Assembly: GCA_951406725.2 (NCBI GenBank)
Contig: OX597822.1
Location: 91,512,001 to 91,576,000, forward strand
Length of the DNA stretch: 64,000 nucleotides
Origin: Octopus vulgaris
Lineage: Eukaryota
Direction of reading: 5' to 3'
Positions 1 to 13,899 of this stretch are shown here, one piece after another (the stretch's first letter is position 1; each line of letters begins with the position of its first letter). Under the pieces are notes generated by a model that was not told where the DNA came from, did not search any database, and was given only the letters and a program-made list of their open reading frames with translations. A program made the translations under genes and the position numbers.

Positions 1-43
1 ATATCAAAAGTATTAAAAGTTTAATAAAAGATAAAGAGTAAAA

Positions 44-137
44 CACTATGATCGTTTCATGGCTGTACTAATTCGAATAACAATAATTTAAATTCAATTA
101 ATAATTCGAGTTATGGTTACAGTCAATCTTCAGGTTA
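44..137 (-). ncRNA. Degenerate type-I hammerhead-ribozyme-like motif with long AT-rich stem II
   Basis: Minus strand reads ...aac CTGAAGA t tgactgta ... tacagcca t GAAA cgatca TA gtg. Core boxes are intact, stem II is tgactgta/tacagcca, and stem III looks like a CpG-decayed palindrome (acgatcgt). Stem I is weak. Confidence 0.55.
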
Positions 138-352
138 ATTGAAATATTTTAAAAATAATCAGAAATATTTAAACAATATTTTTAAGATATAAATAATATA
201 ATAAAATTAATTAATTAATAAATAATTTTTTATTTTTAACTTTTATATTTTAAATTAATTTTATGTATTGGCTTATGTTTTTCACTGTTTGATTTGCCTA
301 ATAGTGGTTTTATCTCTAATTTAATATAATATATATATATATATATATATAT

Positions 353-502
353 GCGATGGGCTTCTTTCAGTTTTTGCCTACTAGATCCACTCACAAGGCT
401 TTGGTCAGCCTGAAGCTATAGTAGAAGACACTTGCCCATGGTGCCACACAGAACCATGTGGTTGGGACGCAAGCTTTTTACCACACAGCTATTCCTGCAC
501 CT
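353..502 (-). mobile_element. tRNA-headed SINE family A, 5' part
   Basis: Reverse complement of the head of the family-A copy at 23741-24172; abuts (TA)n. Confidence 0.8.
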
Positions 503-589
503 GTATGTGCTTGTGTGTGTGTGTATGTATGTATGTATGTATGTGTGTGTGTGTGTATAGGTATGTATGTATGTTGTCTCTTCTATTTT

Positions 590-1140
590 TTAATCATTAT
601 AAATCTTCCATTGAGGAGGGAGCTGGTTTCCAACAAAGATACAAGGCTCCATCTTTGGGATGTAGTTAACACAGACAAATTCACATTTGGGACTTGAGAA
701 AAGTCTTGCATATTTTTACTGTTCCACTCACAGATTGCACTTATAATCTATGAATAAGCCAGTTGATTTCTCTTTCTGAAAATCCCAGTTTATCCAGATT
801 CTCTAACAAAACCTAGTGCTCCAATTATTAATGGTATGAATATGAATTCATAGTCTGGATATAGAGGCTGGAGATTTCGAAGCAGTTGTCCATAGATGTT
901 CTTTTTTTCTTTGATTTTCGAAGTGATATTTATCTCTGCAGGGCAGCTGACCTCTGTGATGGTACATACCTTTGCCCCTCTGTTCCAAACTTCAATATCC
1001 AACCTGTTACATTTAAATTTGACAGGAGTTTTGATGGGAATATTCCACCAGTATTCTTTGAATTGGTGTTCATGAATGTATTCCATAACAGAAGGATTTT
1101 CTAAATTTATTTCAAGACAGTCTTTTTTTGCAGATGGCAT
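590..1140 (-). mobile_element. 3' fragment of a non-LTR retrotransposon with restriction-like endonuclease (R2 superfamily, R4/Dong-like)
   Basis: ORF 790-1140 has WWNIPIKT...NRLDIEVW...ITEVSCP...KEKKNIY...IPLIIGALG, the typical PD-(D/E)xK RLE C-terminus. Confidence 0.75.
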
Positions 1141-1799
1141 GTATGTGTGTAGCTGAGTTGGAGTTATCCCCCTTAGATAAGTTTGGGTTACATCAAAAAG
1201 ATTATTATTTAACTCTCTAGATTTGAATAATTCTTAAGTTTAAAATTTGAAAGAAAAAATAGTCATTATAATTTGAAGCTATTTAAACTTGCACAATAAA
1301 GAAATAAACTGATAAAGAAATTAATAAAAAGAGCAAATACCATAAAGCAAAAAAGTGTTATTGCTTCAACTTTCTAGCAGTCAAATGGTATAAAATAAAG
1401 ATAAAGGAAAAATAATTGATAAAAATATAGATATTAATATTTCATTACCTTTTTACTGCTTTAACTTGCTACTTAACTGGTTGAATTTGTGTATATATGT
1501 ATTTGTGTGAGATATGTCTAATGGTTTCTTTGTTTATTGTGCTGGCACATAGCATTTATACATGTTTATTACACATGTATGAAATGACAGTGGATATGTG
1601 TTTTTGTGTATGTGTGTGTATGTGTGTGCATTCATGCATGTGTGTATCAGTGTGTGTGCTTATCTGTGTGTATAAGTATAAAAGTGAGTGTATAGCAATC
1701 TTTCTGTATTCATACAGGACATCTTTCGAGTATTTTATCTGTGTTTGGCAACTGATGGGGAAATTTTTTTATTTCTTTAATCTTTTGTCATGTGCTGGT

Positions 1800-2380
1800 G
1801 ATGTGTGTTCCCAGCATTGAAAAATATTAGTGAGCACCCCTAAGCCATGTGCAGAGGGAGGATACTCATCCTGGGTAATAATGAGTGCTCAGTGGGAGGG
1901 GGTGTCAGTGTAGCACCAGAGGTGTAGTGTATGAGGCTAAGGTGGTGACTGGCACTGGTGACAGCAGCAACAGCAACCGCAGTGGTGGCAGCAGCAGTTA
2001 CAACAACAACAGCATCAGCAATGCTTCTGGCAGTAGCAGCAGCAGTGGCCTTGATGGTAGCAATTGCAGCACCAGCATTGCATTTAGTAATAACAGCAAC
2101 AATAGTAGCAATACCAGCAGCAACAACAGCAACAATATCAGCAACAGCAGCAGCAACCTCAATGAAAGCAAATGATGTAAGCTTTGCTTGGCCAAAACAG
2201 CAAGAATCCCAAAAAACCCATTTGATCGAGGAACCTTTCTAAACTCAAAAAAAAAAAAAGAGAGAGCTGTTTAGTCAGTGCTCTCATTAGAGGAAATTTG
2301 TGTTGAAAACATGGAATTCCCCAATTTGTCAATTTTAGAAATGCAGCTATCTGCAACCATCTCCTGCTGGCCTAATATGA
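1800..2380 (+). mobile_element. Decayed Penelope-like element, GIY-YIG region
   Basis: Fragments read like (C)SVGG..QCSTRGVVYEAKVVT, parallel to CPLNDHCNMETVVYETEVT of the PLE at 32 kb; interrupted by a CAG/CAA expansion. Confidence 0.5.
1960..2160. repeat. Imperfect (CAG/CAA) trinucleotide tract
   Basis: agcagcaacagcaac...aacaacaac runs; source of the poly-S/N, poly-A/T and poly-L ORFs. Confidence 0.9.
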
Positions 2381-2664
2381 GCTCAACTAGAACTGATCTA
2401 ACGTGAGTAACTCTACCCTGCCCAAGGTTTTGCCAGAAGAGTTTTGTTCTGGAATTTTTTGTTTACAAAATTAACTGATCATGATGTATTCTTACCTTCA
2501 ATTGTAGATAGTTTATGCGCCTCCAAGCATTCAATCTGACATCATTACCTTACAGCTAAGCACTTTATAGGGGTAAAACAAATAGTCACTCTCTGACTGG
2601 CCTTAACAAACAACCTTCAAAAATATATATATATAAAATATATACATGCACACACACACATATT

Positions 2665-2822
2665 ACACTTTCGGAGTGGTTGGTGTTAGAAAGGGCATCC
2701 AGCTTTAGAAACATTACCAGATCAGATTGAAGCCTGGTGCAGCTGTTGGCTCTCTAGTCCTCAGTCAAACCATCCAACCCATGCCAACATTGAAAACGGA
2801 CATTAAACAATGATGATGATGA
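2665..2822 (+). mobile_element. RTE-type LINE 3' tail
   Basis: gagtggttggtgttagaaagggcatccagc...ggacattaaacaatgatgatgat matches 29085-29234 and ends in (GAT)n. Confidence 0.7.
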
Positions 2823-3324
2823 TATATATATATATATGGATACACATGCATACATACACATACACACAAAAGGAGATGGAACTTTATACGCACACACTCC
2901 ATACTCACGCATATAAACAAAGACACAAATGGAGACGCACATCCATATATAATAGTCACACAAATCCATACACATAGACACACTCAAACATGCACATGTA
3001 AGAAGACAGAGGCTTACACACAAATACACACACACACACATACATGCAAACACACAAACATGCACACACAAAGACACGAATATGCAGAATACATACATAC
3101 ATTGTTACAAACATATATACATACATATGTACACACATGCACACAAACAGACAAAAAGAATTCAGCTCCAATAATGGACATAGTCAACATCCATTGACAA
3201 TGTTGCAAAAGGCAATGAAAATTTTGGAAGAAAAAAAAGGAAAAATATAAAAAAATATATAAAATAAATGAGTGGAAATCGAACCAGTGAGTGTGTTGGA
3301 TAATAAGGTATTGAGACAATATGA

Positions 3325-4110
3325 CCCCTCCACTACTCCTGTTCACTATCAGAGATGCACATATTGTCAGCCACTAAAGGACATGCTCAACTGGTTAAGG
3401 TGGAGCAACTGACAAGCAAATCTGTGGTATTGAGCAGAACATTTGCTGTAGCCCATCTTTTATACCAAGACAAAACAATGTACATGATAACATTTCCACT
3501 CAGTTAAGCCATGAAAGCCACTGCCTGGTACTGCATCAGGGCAATTTCATTAATACATTATTATCATTATTATTGAGTGAGAGAACAGTACATGCCATCA
3601 AAGTGACAAAATATATGAAGCCCAGTATACCCTTACTGTCTGGTAAGGGTACACCAGGCACATGCATCACAACCATATATGCACAACATAGTGATCACAT
3701 ATGAAAATAAACAGTGCATGACCTTGCAGGTGGGGCCCAGTTAGAATTTTCTTCAGGTTGAGGAGCCCATCTTGCTCAAAAGGTCCCTGAATAAGGGTTG
3801 TTTCAGGATATTGAACGAAACGCCCATGTTTCTGAAGGTGAATTATCCAAACCCCAAAGAATTTCTCTCAACACATGGCTATGATGCTCCCCCTCTTTTG
3901 CTTGTGATCAGAGATGCACATATTGTTAGCCACTAAGGGACATGCTCAACTGGTTACAGTCAAACAACCGACAAGCAAATCTGTGGTATTGAGCAGAATA
4001 TTTGCTGTAGCCCAACTTTTATACCAAGACAAAACAATGCACATGATAACAATTCCAATCAGTTAAGATGAGAAGCCACGAGAGCCACTGCCTGGTACTG
4101 CATCAAGGCA
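3325..4110 (-). mobile_element. Two copies (partial 3325-3545, near full 3575-4110) of a ~560-bp non-coding (TAA)n-associated interspersed repeat (family D)
   Basis: Near-identical to 30009-30345 and to the reverse complement of 37586-38143; copies are bounded by tta/taa runs. Confidence 0.85.
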
Positions 4111-4189
4111 TCATTGAGCAAAATATTTGCTGTAGCAAATCATTGTGAATGCACACAAGTTTATTATTAAAATTATGTTTCTGACATTC

Positions 4190-5205
4190 AAGTTTGAATC
4201 CAATATTTCGCCCAGTCCCTACAGATACTCTTCTTTGTCTTTTCTTTCATATCATCATGCTTAATTCCATTTACTTCAAGTATTCCCAGGTATTTATATC
4301 TGGATTCAGGTTCACTTGCCTTCTTCATTTCACCATTTGGTATACATGTTCTTTCTATTCTGACAAACTTTCCTCATCTCATTACCATCACAGAACCATT
4401 TGAAAGTCCAGACTCCATCTTGATATCATTTGAGAAAATATTCACAAAATGGACTAGACTGTCCAGTTCTGCCTCAATTTTTGTGAACAACTTCAAATTA
4501 TCCATAAATAGCAGATGATTAAGCTTTGCCTTACCACTTCACAGAACATATTCCAACTTTGTCTTCTGCAGTATTTCACTCAAGGGAATTATTCTCAGCA
4601 CAAAGATTAATGGGGATACACTGCCCCCACTGGAAGATTCCTCTCCTCATTTTCACTTATCCTAAACCCTGTCATTTCAGTTCTCCAGTATTTCATATGG
4701 TTCCATATAAGGCTTCCCATATTTTCTGCTACTTCATACTTTCTATAGTTCTTGTTATCCAAGAGTGTGGTATAATATCATATGCTTTACATTAATCAAT
4801 CTATGACATGCTCAAATTTGCGTTCCTTTTCTTGCAGTTTCTGATGATTAGCTTGTCAATTAATAGCTGATCTTTCATTCTCTGGTTCCTCTTTTGACAT
4901 CCTTTCTGTTCATTCGATAGTAGCCCACTTTTCTTTTCTAAGTAACAATACAATTCACTAGCCAAAACACCTGACAGTAGTTTTCACAGTAGCAGAAGAC
5001 ATATTGGTTGAAAGTTGAGTACAATGTTACCCTTTTTTAGATCCTTGACACAACGATGTCTTTCCTATTGTCGTCCAACTGAGCACTGAGCCTTCCTGCA
5101 GGCATTTATCCAGCTGTTCTGCTATCCTTTCATGAGCCCTCTCAGCTTCTTCATCCAATAACTTTGGATACTATCTGGCCCTGGGCTCTTTCAATTTAGC
5201 ATTAT
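4190..5205 (-). pseudogene. Decayed reverse transcriptase of an R4/Dong-like LINE
   Basis: Minus-strand translation across stops and frameshifts gives KSPGPD, EQKGC, KDQLLID, KAYDIIPHSWI, RRGIFQ, LNHLLFMDNLKLF and YKYLGI. Confidence 0.85.
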
Positions 5206-5489
5206 ACTTTTCTCATTTACACCATTATACAATACACTTGTATGGACATTTTCACTCAATATTGAGGTTTGTGTTTTAAGGTTAGTCACCAACCAGTATT
5301 TTTATTGAGACACCTTCTCTAGAAAGATTGTCAACCAAGGCAGAAGAGCTCTTACTACCCATAAGTGGATACTATTCCTAATCTCATTTCTGAGAGTTGA
5401 GGACCATGGATAGATGTCATTTATATGATGTCATGGTTCTCATTGGGAAACAAATGGTGGGTCGGGTCCCATATCCTCAGCTGACCAGT

Positions 5490-5533
5490 CTCTTCCTCTT
5501 CCTCCTCCCCTCCTCCTCCTCCTCCTCCTTCTT

Positions 5534-5564
<31 letters not shown>

Positions 5565-5582
5565 TTATTATTATTATTATTA
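5490..5582. repeat. Compound microsatellite (CCT)n(CTT)n(TTA)n
   Basis: Directly visible. Confidence 0.95.
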
Positions 5583-5793
5583 AGGTGGCAAGCTGGCACA
5601 ATTATTAGCAAACCAGGTAAAATGCTTAGCAGCATTTTTTCCGTCTTTATGTTCTAAGTTCAAATTCCTTTGAAGTCGACCTTGCCTTTCATCCCTTTGG
5701 GGGTCTATAAAATTACCAATTGAACATTGGGGTTGATGCAATCAACTACCCCCAGCCCAACAAATTTCAGGCTTTGTGCCTATAGTGGAAAAG

Positions 5794-5830
<37 letters not shown>

Positions 5831-6046
5831 GGTGGTGAGCTGGCAGAATCCTTAATACACTGGACAAAATGCTGAGTGGAATTTCTTTCTGACTTTACAT
5901 TTTGAGTTCAGATTCCACTGAGGTTGATTTTGCCTTTCATCCTTCAAGGGTCAATAAAATAAGTACCAGTTAATCACTGGGGTCAATGTAATTGAATACC
6001 TCTCATCTACCAAAATTTTCAGACCTTGTGCCTATAGAAGAAAGAA
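5583..6046 (+). mobile_element. Two tandem copies of tRNA-headed SINE family B (5583-5795, 5830-6046) separated by (TTA)n
   Basis: A-box-like gagctggcagaa, B-box-like gagttcaaattcc and body ttgcctttcatcc...ggggtcaat...gtgcctatagaagaaaga; matches 53685-53896. Confidence 0.85.
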
Positions 6047-6126
6047 TTATTATTACAACTACAATGAAGTTTGCTGAGACAATTTAAATACTTAATTGAA
6101 GGCCTTTTCTAACTGATTTTCTAATA

Positions 6127-7404
6127 TCAGGTTGAGTAAAAAGTAAGCAACGTTTTGAACCATGAAGAATTTGTACCAGATTTTTGAAGAGTTTTGAATT
6201 TTTTTTAAACATTTTTTTTTGCAATTGTCTGATAATACAGGCATAGACTTGCCTACATGCATCAATAACATAACGTTGATATTTTTTCACTGTTGTTACA
6301 ATAATCTGAAATGGAACTGTCAAAGCATGATATTCGAGCAATTTTGCTATTCAACTTCAAAAAAGGATGTAAAGCAGCTGAAACTGTTCGTGATATCAAC
6401 AAAATGTTTGAGGAAATGACCAGTGAGTGGTCAGCTTGAAAATGGTTTAAATGATTTTGCAATGAAAACCTGAGCCTTGAAGATTGTGAGTATAGTGGAT
6501 GCCCATCTGTCATCAATGACAGCCAATTAAAGACCATCATTGAGAAAGATCCATGTAAAACTTCTTAGGAACTGGCAAAAGAACTTCAAGTTAATCAGAA
6601 AACTGACTGAAACCATTTGCATGTGATTGGAAAATCGAAAAAGCTTGACAAATGGGTGCCACACGATTTGAATGGAAATCAGAAAATGTGCAGATATGAA
6701 ATTTGCTTGTTGCTTCTTCTCTGTAACCAAATCGATCCATTTCTTGACTGTATTGTAACTTGCGATGAAAAATGGATCCTCTGTACAATAATAAAAAACA
6801 TTCTTCACAGTGGTTGGACCAAAATGAAGCACTGAAAACTTTCCCTAGACTCAAGCTCTTCAAAAAGAAGGCCATGGTGACTGTTTGGTGGTGTACTGCT
6901 GGACTCATCTGCTATAACTTCTTAAAACTTGGAAAAACCATTACTGCAGAAACATATTGCCATGAATTTACTAAAATGAATGAAAAACTGCTACTCATCC
7001 ATCCCAGACTGGTCGACAGAAGAGGGTCAATCATTCTTCATAACAATGCTTGACCACACGTTTTACTAATGATGCTTCAGAAGTTGAGGGAACTTGGCTA
7101 CGAAGTTCCTCCCCATCCAGCTTATTCCCCAGACCTTTCTCTGACTATCACTTTTTCAAGCACCTTGATGGTCTCCTGCGAGAGGAGTTCAAAAATCAAA
7201 CCGATGCTGAAAGTGCATTCAAAGAGTTCGTCAGCTCCAGAACTCCAGATTTTTGTTACTGGAATAAACAGACTTGTAACTCATTGAAAAAAATGCTTTG
7301 ATTGTAATGGTACTTACTTTGATGAATAAAATTTCCACATTGTTGAAAAATATTGTGATGAATTTCATGTTTCAAAACTTTGCTTACTTTTTACTCAGCC
7401 CAAA
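6127..7404 (+). mobile_element. Full-length decayed mariner (DD34D) transposon
   Basis: ~40-bp TIRs (tcaggttgagtaaaaagtaagcaacgttttgaac / gtttcaaaactttgcttactttttactcagccc) with flanking TA. Frameshifted transposase has WVPHDL, VTCDEKW, HNNA and HPAYSPDL motifs. Confidence 0.93.
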
Positions 7405-8354
7405 TAGATAAAATCCAGAATACTGAAAACGTCCCTATGCTTGTCAAAGATAGAAAGTTTAAGAAGAATTGAAATTTGTCTGTAACAGAAAGTAATTGGA
7501 TAACAACATTTTGATTAAATGTATTTGTATACAATGAAGAGATTAAAACATTAAAACATTTAAAAAGCATGGGGTCAGCTATTTGATATTATCAGAATAT
7601 TAGAAAAAATAAAAGAGAAAAAGGGGGGAGAGGAAGGAGCGAAAGATTGAGTAAGTGAAAGAATTGAACAAGATGAAGAAAGAACTAATGGAGAATGTAA
7701 AAATACAGAAATGGTTTGTAGATACCTAAATTTACTCATGAGTAGGAAACACAAACACAATTTCTAAAGACCCACAATAATTTTCTTTGGTAGAATCCTA
7801 TTTATCATTTCTTGTACAGCATAAACATCCCATTTTTCACAGAAATGCAATCTATATTCAAAAGTAGTGCATTTAGGCACCAATAACATATTTTTATCCA
7901 AGATGGTTGTCTAAGGTTACAAGTACACCAAACATAATTTAAGAACAATGACAATGTTGGTTTAAAATTAAATTATTCAAATGAAACTAGACAGCAACAC
8001 ATGCAAGTTAAATGAATAAACAGCAATAAAATATTTTAATCAAAGAATATTTGTGGTTATTAAAATTTTAATATATTGATTTAGTATTTATCAACATTTT
8101 TGAATTATAATTAACAAACAAGATCAGATTATAGCATTCATAAAAATAATCTCTCAAAACTGGTTATTTAATCTCAGATAAGCCATGCACCACTTAAAGT
8201 TATTTATTTATGGAATTACTTTCTTTGGAAAAGCTGTTATACATACACTTTTACAGGCTAATTATACTCTTGATTAAAATACTCAGAATAACTAGAAGTT
8301 TATCATCTCTTTTTGAATTTGATAACAGAATTAAATATATACGGTAATTAAATA

Positions 8355-8566
8355 TTGATTTCAAATTTCGGGACAAGGCCAGCAATTTTGGGGGTGGGGG
8401 TAAGTTGATTACATCAACCCCAGTGCTTGACTGGTACTTATTTCATGGACCCCAAAAGGATAAAAGGCTAAGTCGACCTCAGTGGAATTTGGACTCAGAA
8501 TGTAAAGAAAGATTAAATGCTGCTAAGCATTTTGCCTGGCATGTTAACAATTCTGCTAGCTTGCCT
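8355..8566 (-). mobile_element. SINE family B
   Basis: Reverse complement of the family-B sequence. Confidence 0.8.
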
Positions 8567-11500
8567 CTTTTATATATTGTAAAATATATTTACCATACAC
8601 ACTCAGGATATTTGTTTTGAGCAAATTATCCACACTTGTAACCAGTCCAGATTAAAATAAAGATGGAATGGTTTGACAAAATTGATTGCACATAGCCCTA
8701 ATTAAAGAAATTATTATTCTTTAATCCTTAACATTTAAAGCAGTGCTAGACTGATGTTCTGAAAATATGTTAAATAATTTTCTTTTTTTTTTTGCATTCC
8801 TAAAGTCCTATTTTGATTTGAATTCACTCAGACATAATTGATTTGATGTTATTTAAATCAATATGGTTTTTTCCTTTTGAAAAACTAGTTTTAGAACAAC
8901 AAGTAAAAAAAAAGAGTTCTAAAAATGAAAACAACAGGATTGGAGAAATTATTTCTGAAATCGAGTTTAATAATTTTTACTATAAGGGTAAATATTCAGG
9001 TGTGTTCACAGTATTTCGGTAATTTCTGCATTTTTATAAACCTAATAAATTAATATTCAAATACATAAGAGCTATTTAGTAAAATTATGCTCAGTGTTAG
9101 TCCTAAATTAGCCTCCTCAGCAGATAATGGTTTCAGATTGAGAAGCTTTGATTTAACTAAGCCACAACTGGTTACTGAAAAAAACTATATTTAGCACAGT
9201 ACTAAGTTTAATGATGCATTTAACTAAAGTCTTTGTTATAAAAATTATCATTATTCTGTTACTCAAGTTGAAAGTCTTTTGTTCAATTCCTTTTTTGGTT
9301 CTATTACTATAAAATAATGTTGAATCTAGACCTTCAATTTTATTTGAAACGAATCATATAGAATTATTATCACTGGTGTAAATGTTTACAAAATAGCTTT
9401 CGGTTAGTCAAGCTTATTTATATAATTTTTCACTGTAGTTTCTATTTTTAGACAAATCTTCAATAAAGTTGAACTATCTTTAAAGCTTTCCAAGCAGTCA
9501 TTTTCAATCCACTGCTGGATAAGCTTCAGCTTGCCATTGTTGGCTTAATTATGTTGATTGTAGACTGACTTGTTGACACTGGACAACTGCAGGTTAGATG
9601 GATTGCTCCTGTGGTTGGGTAATTATACCTGGCTTTGGGCACCTTGGCAGAATTTGAAACCAGAATGCAAAGTACTAGAGCAAATACTTCAAGACATCTC
9701 ATCTGATGTTCTAACAATCTACTAATCAATCACCCTGTAGTGGTACTATATTTATTGATAGTGAGAGGAGAAAAGTTGATTTTGAGTGGGATTTGAACTA
9801 AAAGCACAGTGAACTGGAATAAATATTGCAAAGCATTTTATCTGATGCTTCATTATATCTGTCAGTTCAGTACCTTTTATATTTAGATATTTTATGTAAA
9901 ATTATACTTTATGGAAAAATTCCATCATTTGGATCACAGGAGCAACATTTATAAAAATTTGTTTTTACATCCTATAATATAAAGCAGTTGGTAGAGCTCT
10001 CTCTTTTCTTTGTTTCTAAGCTATTCATTTGAGGATGTGAATTCACCATTACAATTTAATTAAATTTTTCATGGTACGTATTTGGGTATATTATTTGAGA
10101 ATCAAAGCCATGGGCATAACACACTGCAAATTAAAGTAAATGAACTGTCAAACCTAGCACTACCAGGCTTCTACGTTCACAACATTGACCTATTATATTG
10201 CAATAGCAGTCAACTATAAATTCAGTTTTTTTTAATATTATGATACACAGAAATGTAAATTTGACATTGCTGAATCCTTCTGCATTGTCTAATAAATAAG
10301 GTAAATAACATTTTTTAAAAAGAATATAGAACAAAGAAATCTGGAGTTATCTCATTCTATTATAAGTATATTTATCTGAAATATCTTCTAGTTTATTCAA
10401 GGTTAGTTATAATTTAAATAAGACTTTTGATGAAACTGAACTGTAAACAGTTGGGAAAAATGGGTGTAGTACCAAATACAGTGAAAACACACACACACAC
10501 ACACACACAAACACACATGCACACACTCACACACACAAACACACATGCACACACGCACACACGCACACACAGACACACACATACACACAGAGCCATAGCT
10601 AGTTAGCCTTTAGCAACCATCATGAGCAGACTCACTATTTTTTCTTTAACTTAATATATCTATGAAGTAGAACAATAAATAGTGCCGAGTCTCCCAGTTG
10701 TCCAATATTGTGTACCCAATAGAACTGACCTTCCACATTAAGTCTAGCTATGGCTCTGTATAGTAATAAGTTGTAAAGAGTAAGCCAGAAGAAAAAAAAT
10801 GGATTTGATGTCTTAAAAAGTTCACATTAAGTTCTTTAAAAGTCAGTCATAAAGAAAAAAAACATTCATTAATCAGTGAAATGACAGAAGGCTGAACATG
10901 TAGCTATCTTAGATGGCTCCACTCACCGGCATGGACCAATACACAACCATATATCTGAAAGTGAGTATGAAAGATTATGTTAATAGAAAAGTATGTAATG
11001 TCTGAAAGCTTAACCAGTCTTAACTTTTGGGAAAACTGTAACAGCCATAAAACAGAAAGAAGTTCATAAGAAATGGTAAAAGTTAAAAAGAAATCTTCCT
11101 AAAAACACCACTGAGCTACTGAGAAAGTCCTAGGATGCATAAATACGACAAATCCTTCAAAGGGACAATGGTATTCTCTCCAGAAGGTTTATATTATTTT
11201 CACCAGCTTGTTAAACAGAAGCATGTAGAAAAGTAGAATCAAGTATTTTGTTTAGAAAATGTTGAGGGTGAATTTGGACTTACTGACTGCCAGCAACTCA
11301 GCTTTCACTTCTAAAAATTTGGAAAACAAAAACAAAATTATTTAGAGTCTCAGATTAACTTTTTCTTTTTATCACACATGCTAGAAAAGTTTTGAATATT
11401 ATTTTCAATATTTCATTAAAGTAGAAACTAGTCTATGAAAAGAACAATGAAAGTCTTGGGAAAAAAATGAATGAAGGGCATCACACACCCATATAAAGTC

Positions 11501-12309
11501 AATCATAAAAACTTCAGCTACAGCTGTAACTTCACTTCACAAATTGAAAGAATAGAGATAGAACTGAAATAATATAACATTGTGGATCATACATGCACCA
11601 AATATGACCAACAGGCTGTATGTTGCCAGTGCTCAATTTCCTTATAGGAAAACAGTAATAATCTCTTAAAAATACTCAATACACCAAATTGCTGAAGCAA
11701 AACTCAGAACTAAACCTTTTAATTTAAATCATTCTTCCTATATTTATGATTCAATATAGAAATATATAAAAAGATTAACTTACATTTTTGGAAAATCTAT
11801 TGTGCCCAGCAGTATTTTTCTTTAAAACTGTAATGTTTACTCTGATTATTGAGGTGTGTAGTTCTTCCTTATTTTATCTGCTTCTTCTTTGTCAAAATAG
11901 TTATGCCTCAATTGCATTTGCTATTAGATTGCATGCAGAAGAATAGCTAAATAAAGTGATAGCCATACCAAATATACATGATAGTAGCATATGTACCAAA
12001 ACTAACATTTGAAGCTGAAAGAATCAATAATAGCGGAGAAGCTAAAGGCAAACTTTTAGACATCCATATTAAGGACCAAAGATTAAAAAAAAAAAGCTTG
12101 CTAATAGACATAGCAGTGGACAAAAATATCTTTTGGAAGAAATAGAGAGAATTTTAAATAATTTGAATAAGAATATGGAGTACTTGAAACATAAAATTAC
12201 ATGGTATGTTATTGATGATGATAAATTTCTTTTTCTCATCATTAAGCCAAAGTGCATCAGGGCAAGATCTGAAATTGGAGTTAAGCTGGACAAAACTAGA
12301 TACAGCAAT

Positions 12310-12530
12310 CTATTCTTTTCTACTCTAGGCACAAAGTCTGAAATTTTTGGGGAGGGGAGCCAGTTGATTAGATCGACCCCAGTACTCAACTGGTACTTAA
12401 TTTATCGACCCCCAAAAGGATGAAAGGCAAAGATGACTTCAGCAGAATTTGTACTTAGAATGTAAAGACAGATGAAATACCACTAAGCATTTCACCTGGC
12501 ATGTTAACGATTCTGCCAGCTTGCCACCTT
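12310..12530 (-). mobile_element. SINE family B
   Basis: Full-length reverse-complement copy. Confidence 0.85.
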
Positions 12531-13454
12531 AGATTCAGCAATCTATTGCTATCTTCTGTGTTATAATAATAACAATGTTTCATAAAGAACTTTTAACAAC
12601 AGTAATTTATAATACAAACACAACGGCAGACATTTTTTAGAGAACAATGTAATTAATTTAATCAACACCAGTTTTTAACTGGTACATATTTTATTGATAT
12701 GTGAAGGTCTTTAGTTTGACAAGTGTACTGTTACAATATAAGCAGGAAAGCTTGTTAAAGCTGTAAACATCCAGACAGTGATAAAAATCAATATAAAGGG
12801 TTTTAATCAACATAAAGTTGTCATCCAGCACACCAGGATGAAAAGAGTTATCACAAATGAATACAGGTATTGTCAATGAATAAAGGTGAATTCATGTAAG
12901 ACTGAACTGAATTCCTAAAAGAATATTGATCAACAAATCTAGCAGTATCAATATATGGTTTTAGTATTATTGACTGAAAACCACAGAAAACCAAAATAAC
13001 TAGACAGAAATCTAAGGAAGCTTCTTACTACGAACAGGATGACTAGGATTCACCATCTTAAAGCTGATGCAATTAAATTATATATTAAAGGACAAAGTGG
13101 TGAACACAAACTTCATCTTATAATAATATTATTTATAGTTAAATGAATCTAGTTGAATAAAAACTGCTTTATTAAAAACTTACATAAACAGGGGAATATA
13201 AAAATGTATTTATTCATTAAAATTTAATCTGACATAAGAATTTTAATTGTAAAAGAAATGATGATTTCTTACTTTGTACAAATTTGTAAGGGTATATTTT
13301 CTTGCAATAACTGTAGATGATTATAAGTATAAATTCTGATGTAAAAAACAACTTGAAAAAAGTAGCCTAAAGAAAAACATGTTTAAATGACAAAAAAGAA
13401 AAGTTTTGACAAGTCTACACAAATGTTTGTTTAATCTGTTATTGGCGACACAAA

Positions 13455-13760
13455 CAATGATATGGGATGATGAAGGTCACGACAAATAGAGCAAAAAAAT
13501 TGAAGCCCTGGCCTTGATTAATGCTATTACTTTGTCAAAGGTAAAAGAAGATTAGCAAATACTGTCATCTGGAGATTGGAATCAAAAGAACACGAACACA
13601 AAAATACGAAGAGTCAGTTGTCATTGAAACACTTGGCACATGAATAACTTTTTCTTCTAACAAACATTGTGAGCAGTTCATAGATATATCACATGCCAAA
13701 CAATTGCAGAAGATTGCATTCTTGGAGACTACTAAATATCCTAAGAAAGTTACTCATAAA
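13455..13760 (+). mobile_element. Highly decayed RLE-LINE 3' fragment
   Basis: IWD..., VVIETLG and QLQKIAFLETT..LRK-like C-terminal signature. Confidence 0.45.
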
Positions 13761-13899
13761 ATAAAGCTCAAGTTTGTTAGTTTATGAAAATCAGCTTAAA
13801 GGATGTGAAATATAAACAACAATAGCATTAAGGCTATCTTAGAACTAAGAGATATTTTAATTTGTTGGAGAAGTGCATTACTGATTTATAAATTCTATA

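Noticed and set aside
6327-7328. Domesticated SETMAR-like gene
   Set aside because: Multiple stops and frameshifts, both TIRs are present, and there is no SET domain.
10914-10966. Possible micro-exon ag|ATGGCTCC...GAAA|gtgagt
   Set aside because: Weak acceptor and no recognisable peptide; such pairs occur by chance in 64 kb.
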